DNA of 64,000 nucleotides from a bacterium (GTDB lineage Bacteria; Patescibacteriota; Minisyncoccia; Moranbacterales; DUUL01): NCBI GenBank assembly GCA_018675685.1, contig JABGXP010000018.1, positions 16,175 to 80,174 of the forward strand, read 5' to 3'. Shown piece by piece: positions 59,238 to 64,000 of this stretch (position 1 is its first letter; each line of letters starts with the position of its first letter). The notes under the pieces were generated by a model. It saw only the letters and a program-made list of their open reading frames with translations, ran no database searches and was not told where the DNA came from. The position numbers and the translations under genes were made by a program.

Positions 59238-60983
59238 ATGAAAATAAGAAAAATTGGACAGAAAAGATGGGTAAAACCTTTAGCGGTTATTGTTTTTGCA
59301 ATAATCATGCTTGTTATCGCAAACCCAAAAGCGACTGGCATCGGATGGTTGGATGGTTTTTTGGGTAATATGAAAATCAACATGGGGCTTGATTTGCAAG
59401 GTGGCGTACATTTGATTTATGAGGCTGATATGGAAAATATTGAAAAAGGTGAGGAAATTGAGGCATTAAGAGGTGTGCAGGATGTAATAGAACGTAGAGT
59501 AAATGCCTATGGTGTTGCTGAGCCCAACATTCAACCTTCAAAAATTGGAAGCAGTTATAGATTGATTGTTGAATTAGCTGGAATTAAAGACGTCGAAGAA
59601 GCTAAGAATTTAATCAAGGAGACACCGCTTCTGGAATTTAAAAAAGAAAAAGAACAAAGGACAGAGTTAAACGAAGAAGAGCGAGCGATGATAGAAGGGC
59701 AGGTCATAGAAATTTCTGCTGCAAAAACAGAGGCTAAAAATAAAGCTAATGAAACTTTAGAGAAAGCATTGAAAGGGGATAATTTCGATTCTTTGGCGGA
59801 AGAAGATTCAGAAGACCGAACGCAAGGGAAAAGAGAAAATCTAGGTTTTGTAAAGAAGGGCGAGATGGTTCCAGAGTTCGAAGAAGCAATTTTCCAAGAT
59901 GATTTTGCTGAAAATACAATCTTCAGTGAAGTCGTTGAGACTCAATTTGGTTTTCATGTTATCAAGAAGTTAAGTCAACGAGGAGATGGAGAGAGTAGGG
60001 AAGTTGAAGTTAGTCATATCTTATATTTTGCGCAGGATCCAGAAGAATTTAGAGTGTCGATCGAAAAGCAAATATTACAACAACCAGAATTTGAATCAAC
60101 CGGACTTTCTGGGAAAGAGCTAAAGCGATCGCAGGTTTCATTTGATCAACAATTAGGACAACCAATAGTTGTTCTGCAGTTTGATGACGAAGGCAAGGAG
60201 TTGTTTAAAGAGATAACAGAGCAAAATAAAGGAAAGAGAATTGCTATATTTTTAGACGATCAAGTCATTAGTGCTCCAGTAGTCAATGATGTTATCAGGG
60301 ACGGGGAAGCTATAATCAGTGGAAGTTTTAAACTTCAAGAAGCAAAAGATCTTTCAAGGAGATTGAATGCCGGAGCATTGCCGGTACCGATTCATTTAAT
60401 CAGCCAACAAAGCGTTGAAGCATCATTAGGGCAAGCTTCACTTGAGAAAAGTTTGAAAGCTGGGCTCTGGGGATTGGCCATAGTTGGAGTTTTTATGATT
60501 ATCTACTATCGCTTTGCTGGGTTGATAGCTGTTTTTGCATTAATTATTTATACAGCAACTATCGTTGCTATTTATAAACTTTCTTCCCTTTCGCCATATG
60601 GTGTGACATTAACACTTTCTGGAATTGCAGGCTTTATTCTTTCGGTGGGTATGGCTGTTGATGCTAATATTTTGATTTTCGAAAGAATGAAGGAGGAGAT
60701 TAAACGAGGACGAGACTTGAGAGCTGCTCTCGAGGAAGGTTTTAAAAGAGCCTGGACCTCAATTAGGGATGGAAATGTTTCAACTATCCTAACATCAATT
60801 ATATTGATTATGTTTGGAAGCGGTTTCATTAAAGGCTTTGCAATTACACTGATTATCGGTGTTTTGGTATCAATGTTTACAGCAATTGTCATCACTCGTG
60901 TACTTTTAGGTGCTGTTCTGTTTGATTGGCTTGAAAGGCATAAAGTTTGGATGCTTTGCTCTGGGAAGAATAAGAAAAAATAA
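59238..60983 (+). CDS. secD: Protein translocase subunit SecD carrying a parvulin-like PPIase-type insert in the periplasmic head domain
   Basis: N-terminal TM helix, conserved SecD motifs GLDLQGGVHLIYE and ERRVNAYGVAEPNIQ, and a 5-TM C-terminal bundle. Residues around 190-260 (FDSLAEEDSED...GFVKKGEMVPEFEEAIF...TQFGFHVIK) resemble a PpiC/parvulin domain. I prefer the ATG at 59238 over the TTG at 59181. Confidence 0.8.
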   Translation: MKIRKIGQKRWVKPLAVIVFAIIMLVIANPKATGIGWLDGFLGNMKINMGLDLQGGVHLIYEADMENIEKGEEIEALRGVQDVIERRVNAYGVAEPNIQPSKIGSSYRLIVELAGIKDVEEAKNLIKETPLLEFKKEKEQRTELNEEERAMIEGQVIEISAAKTEAKNKANETLEKALKGDNFDSLAEEDSEDRTQGKRENLGFVKKGEMVPEFEEAIFQDDFAENTIFSEVVETQFGFHVIKKLSQRGDGESREVEVSHILYFAQDPEEFRVSIEKQILQQPEFESTGLSGKELKRSQVSFDQQLGQPIVVLQFDDEGKELFKEITEQNKGKRIAIFLDDQVISAPVVNDVIRDGEAIISGSFKLQEAKDLSRRLNAGALPVPIHLISQQSVEASLGQASLEKSLKAGLWGLAIVGVFMIIYYRFAGLIAVFALIIYTATIVAIYKLSSLSPYGVTLTLSGIAGFILSVGMAVDANILIFERMKEEIKRGRDLRAALEEGFKRAWTSIRDGNVSTILTSIILIMFGSGFIKGFAITLIIGVLVSMFTAIVITRVLLGAVLFDWLERHKVWMLCSGKNKKK

Positions 60984-61023
60984 AATAAAATAAAAAGTAA
61001 AACAAAAAGAATGGAGGTGTTAT

Positions 61024-61293
61024 ATGTATCATAAAATTCTCGCAGATGGCTTTTTCTCAATTGCATCAATTGCAATTTTAGTCTCAATTTATAGTTGGTC
61101 AATTGATGATATTTTTCTTGCATCCGCTCAATGGTTGCAAGTAGCAACAGTGATGCTCTTAGTTGCGATTTATATTAAAATGAACACGTTTGATGATGAG
61201 GCTATTCTAAGTGGAACATTTCACAAAAAGACAGACGAAAAAAAGATTACAGTTAAGAGGAGGAGGAAACTGACAAGCAAAAAGAAGAAGTAA
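61024..61293 (+). CDS. Hypothetical small membrane protein
   Basis: Two hydrophobic helices and a basic tail. Confidence 0.45.
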   Translation: MYHKILADGFFSIASIAILVSIYSWSIDDIFLASAQWLQVATVMLLVAIYIKMNTFDDEAILSGTFHKKTDEKKITVKRRRKLTSKKKK

Positions 61294-61791
61294 ATGAGAA
61301 CTGCCAAGATTGGAAAAAAAAATGATAGGACTGATTCATTCGTCGTATTGCACAATATACGAAGTTGCTATAATGTAGGATCTATTTTTAGAACTTCTGA
61401 TGCTCTTGGTGTTGAGAAAATTTTTTTATGTGGGTATACACCAAACCCAGATAAAAACAGTTCGATCAATAAAACTGCTCTTGGAGCGCAAGATATGATT
61501 TCGTGGGAGGCTCATTGGCAAACGCATCATATTTTGAAAAAATTAAAGAGAGATGGGATTACCATTATTGCTCTGGAATTATCGAAAGATAGCATTGCTT
61601 TGGAAGATTTTGAGCCGAATTTTCCGTTTTGCTTGCTTTTAGGCAATGAAGTCACTGGTCTTTCTGCTGCAATTTTGAAATACGCAGATTATGTTGTGCA
61701 AATTCCAATGCTAGGAGGAAAGGAGTCTATGAATGTCTCAGTTTCATATGGTATCGGCATGTATACAATAAAAAACAAAATAAAATGCTGA
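61294..61791 (+). CDS. SpoU/TrmH-family RNA 2'-O-methyltransferase (TrmL-like)
   Basis: SPOUT motifs LLLGNEVTGLS and IPMLGGKESMNVSVSYGIG. Confidence 0.8.
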   Translation: MRTAKIGKKNDRTDSFVVLHNIRSCYNVGSIFRTSDALGVEKIFLCGYTPNPDKNSSINKTALGAQDMISWEAHWQTHHILKKLKRDGITIIALELSKDSIALEDFEPNFPFCLLLGNEVTGLSAAILKYADYVVQIPMLGGKESMNVSVSYGIGMYTIKNKIKC

Positions 61792-62501
61792 AAAGTATAG
61801 AGAAGAAAAATGGAAAAAATAAGTTAGCAGTTTTTGATATCGACGGAACGATTTTCAGAAAAAACTTACACTTTGAATTAATTAATGAACTAGTATTCAC
61901 GGGAGTTTTTAAGCAAGAAGTAAAAATTGAACTCCAGAGTCTTTACGGTCATTGGCTTGATAACGAAGGGACCTATGAAGCGTATAGGAATAAACTCGTG
62001 TCTCTTTACGAGGAGCATATTAAGGGATGTAAACAATCTGACATCATTAATGCATCGAAAAGTGTGGCACATTTTCACGCGAAAAGAATATATATTTTTG
62101 CCAAAAGAATGATTGAAAAGATGCGGAAAAATCACACAATGTTGATTATTTCTGGTTCACCCTCTGAGATTGTTGAAGAGTATGCAAAGATTTTCAACTT
62201 CGATGCTTATTATGGAAGCGTGTATGGGTTGGATAAAAATAAAAGATATACTGGGGAGCCTGTCTTTGAACCAACTATCGACAAGGGCGCTGTGGTTAGA
62301 CAGTTCATAGCGGAGCATGAACTCATGCTTGAAGGTTCATTTGGGATCGGAGATACTGAGTCAGATGCAAAGTTTCTTGAACTAGTTGATAATCCAATTG
62401 CTTTTAATCCAAACATGAATCTTCGAAAAATTGCCGAAAAGAAAAATTGGAAAATTGTTGTTGAAAAAAAAGACGTTGTTTATGAGATGGAGCGAAGATA
62501 G
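61785..62501 (+). CDS. HAD-IB family hydrolase (phosphoserine-phosphatase-like)
   Basis: LAVFDIDGTIF motif I and GDTESD motif IV. Confidence 0.75.
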   Translation: MLKSIEKKNGKNKLAVFDIDGTIFRKNLHFELINELVFTGVFKQEVKIELQSLYGHWLDNEGTYEAYRNKLVSLYEEHIKGCKQSDIINASKSVAHFHAKRIYIFAKRMIEKMRKNHTMLIISGSPSEIVEEYAKIFNFDAYYGSVYGLDKNKRYTGEPVFEPTIDKGAVVRQFIAEHELMLEGSFGIGDTESDAKFLELVDNPIAFNPNMNLRKIAEKKNWKIVVEKKDVVYEMERR

Positions 62502-62666
62502 AAACTTTAAATGTTTTAATTTAAAAAAATGAACAATTTATTTCACGATTTTTTCGAGTTTTTTATTGAAAAAATGCTCTGGTTCTGGCTACCAATTCAC
62601 GCTCTGCATCGAGTATTGAAAGACATTCTAGCAGAGAAGGAAAAAGGTATTTAATTTTTTATTTTT

Positions 62667-63878
62667 ATGTTAAAGAAGGAAAAATCAATTTTTGTGTTCA
62701 AGTTTTGGCTTCCAGTTATAATTTGGATGAGTGTTATTTTTTATTTTTCACATAAATCAAATCTTGTTATTGGTTTTGAGGGTGACAGAGAATTTCTTGC
62801 ACGTAAGTTTGCTCATATTTGTGAATTTGGTCTTTTGGCTATTTTTTTCATTATTTTTCTAGTGAAGGGTTGTTCTAGAAAAACCCCCTCAGTCTTTTTG
62901 AGTGCCTTTCTTTTAACAGTTGGGTATGCGATTAGCGATGAACTTCATCAGACATTTATTATTGGTAGAAGTGGAAATATAAAAGATGTATTAGTGGACT
63001 CACTGGGAGCTTTATTGTTCTTACAGGTCATTGCTTTTGGACTTTTTGCTAAAAAAAGAATTGCATTACTTTTTTCGATCCTCGGGAATATTTTAGCTAT
63101 CCTCCTTTTACTAAGTGTCATGATGCAAGAAATAATTGAAAAGAAAGCTATGATAAATGATACTGAGAAGATTTACATGGAGGCCGAAGAAAAAGTTGAG
63201 GAAGCTTTGTCGAAAGAGGACGCTTCTGATAAACTAGTCTCTGAAAAAAAGAAGAATATAAGTGAAGATAGAGCGAAAAGCGATCCACTGGAGATTGCTA
63301 TCCCAGAAAAAATTCTTCTCCCAGTTCCATTTTCGTCACAAGCGCCAAAGGCAGTGTGGGATGAAGTCCATGAAGAAGCTTGTGAAGAAATGAGCTTGAT
63401 TATGGTGAAATATTATTTTGACAAGAAGAATTTGCCGCCTAGTGTTGCTGAGGAGGAAATTCAAAGAATGAAAGATTATCAATTAAAAAGAAATGGACAT
63501 TATATTGACAGCGACATGAAAGAATTAGCTGCAATGGCAAAAGAATATTTCAAATTTAAAGATGTTTTTGTGAAATATGACATAACCAGGGAAGATATCT
63601 TCGAGGCTTTAGCAAAAGGTAGCCCAGTAATAGTTCCGACAGCGGGAAGGTTGCTCGGAAACCCAAATTTTACAGGATTAGGTCCTTTGTATCATAATCT
63701 TGTGATTATTGGGTTTGAAAAGGATGAATTCATCGTAAATGACCCAGGAACAAGGAAAGGTAAACATTATAGATATAAAATTAATATTCTTATGAACGCA
63801 ATTCATGATTATACTGGAAGTAAAAAGGAGATAGAGAAAGGACGAAGGGCAGGAATTATTTTCCCCATGAAAAAGTGA
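62667..63878 (+). CDS. Fusion of an N-terminal VanZ-like membrane domain and a C-terminal C39-like (Peptidase_C39_2-type) cysteine peptidase domain
   Basis: The VanZ region reads WLPVIIWMSVIFYFS...ARKFAHICEFGLLA. The C-terminus has VPFSSQAPKAVWDEVHEEACEEMSLIMV (candidate catalytic Cys) and a downstream His/Asp region (YHNLVIIGFEKDEFIVNDPG). Confidence 0.6.
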   Translation: MLKKEKSIFVFKFWLPVIIWMSVIFYFSHKSNLVIGFEGDREFLARKFAHICEFGLLAIFFIIFLVKGCSRKTPSVFLSAFLLTVGYAISDELHQTFIIGRSGNIKDVLVDSLGALLFLQVIAFGLFAKKRIALLFSILGNILAILLLLSVMMQEIIEKKAMINDTEKIYMEAEEKVEEALSKEDASDKLVSEKKKNISEDRAKSDPLEIAIPEKILLPVPFSSQAPKAVWDEVHEEACEEMSLIMVKYYFDKKNLPPSVAEEEIQRMKDYQLKRNGHYIDSDMKELAAMAKEYFKFKDVFVKYDITREDIFEALAKGSPVIVPTAGRLLGNPNFTGLGPLYHNLVIIGFEKDEFIVNDPGTRKGKHYRYKINILMNAIHDYTGSKKEIEKGRRAGIIFPMKK

Positions 63879-63947
63879 ATTGACACATAAAGTGAGAATG
63901 GTAAAATGGATATAAGTTCATAAATAAATAAATAAAAAAAACAAAAA

Positions 63948-64000
63948 ATGAAAAAATCAGTATTGATTACATTGGTTGCAATCGTTCTTGTGACTTTTGT
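63948..64000 (+). CDS. Partial ORF with a signal-peptide-like start (MKKSVLITLVAIVLVTF...), truncated by the window end
   Basis: ATG in an AT-rich context, with a hydrophobic N-terminus. Confidence 0.35.
   Translation, partial: MKKSVLITLVAIVLVTF

Overview
This is a 64 kb AT-rich bacterial chromosomal segment that appears to use the standard genetic code, because the ORFs read through cleanly. Most of it is tightly packed housekeeping genes. Three clusters carry translation genes: efp-rpsR-ssb-rpsF, rplJ-rplL with rpmB nearby, and rpsP-nusA-tig-clpP with a single tRNA-Pro. There are glycolytic genes (tpiA, fba) and DNA or RNA maintenance genes (ligA, nth, ruvX, rnhA, rny, truB, miaA, mnmA, gatCA, parAB). 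There are also several cell-envelope glycosyltransferase genes. Several proteins carry K/E-rich C-terminal tails (S6, S16, NusA, a GT2 and the T4CP-like ATPase). I infer a reduced-genome, possibly Patescibacteria/CPR-like organism from those tails, RNase Y, many GT genes and a lone SecD, but I could not run any search. Five loci look accessory and are worth a second look. (1) 12.98-17.39 kb: a sigma-70 region-4-only HTH protein, a membrane protein, and a TraG/VirD4-type coupling ATPase that lacks its own transmembrane anchor and ends in a zinc ribbon. (2) 20.1-24.6 kb: a trimeric [FeFe]-hydrogenase locus with a divergently oriented TM1266-type regulator. (3) 35.1-38.8 kb: a low-coding-density patch of small, separately terminated ORFs and structured RNAs, followed by a degenerate HAD-like protein and an ATP-grasp-like amidoligase, ending at the tRNA-Pro. 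(4) 59.2-61.0 kb: a SecD with a parvulin-like domain inserted in its periplasmic head and no secF nearby. (5) 62.7-63.9 kb: a VanZ-C39-like peptidase fusion. I saw no CRISPR array, integrase, transposase or rRNA gene. Coordinates for start codons I refined by eye may be off by a few nucleotides.
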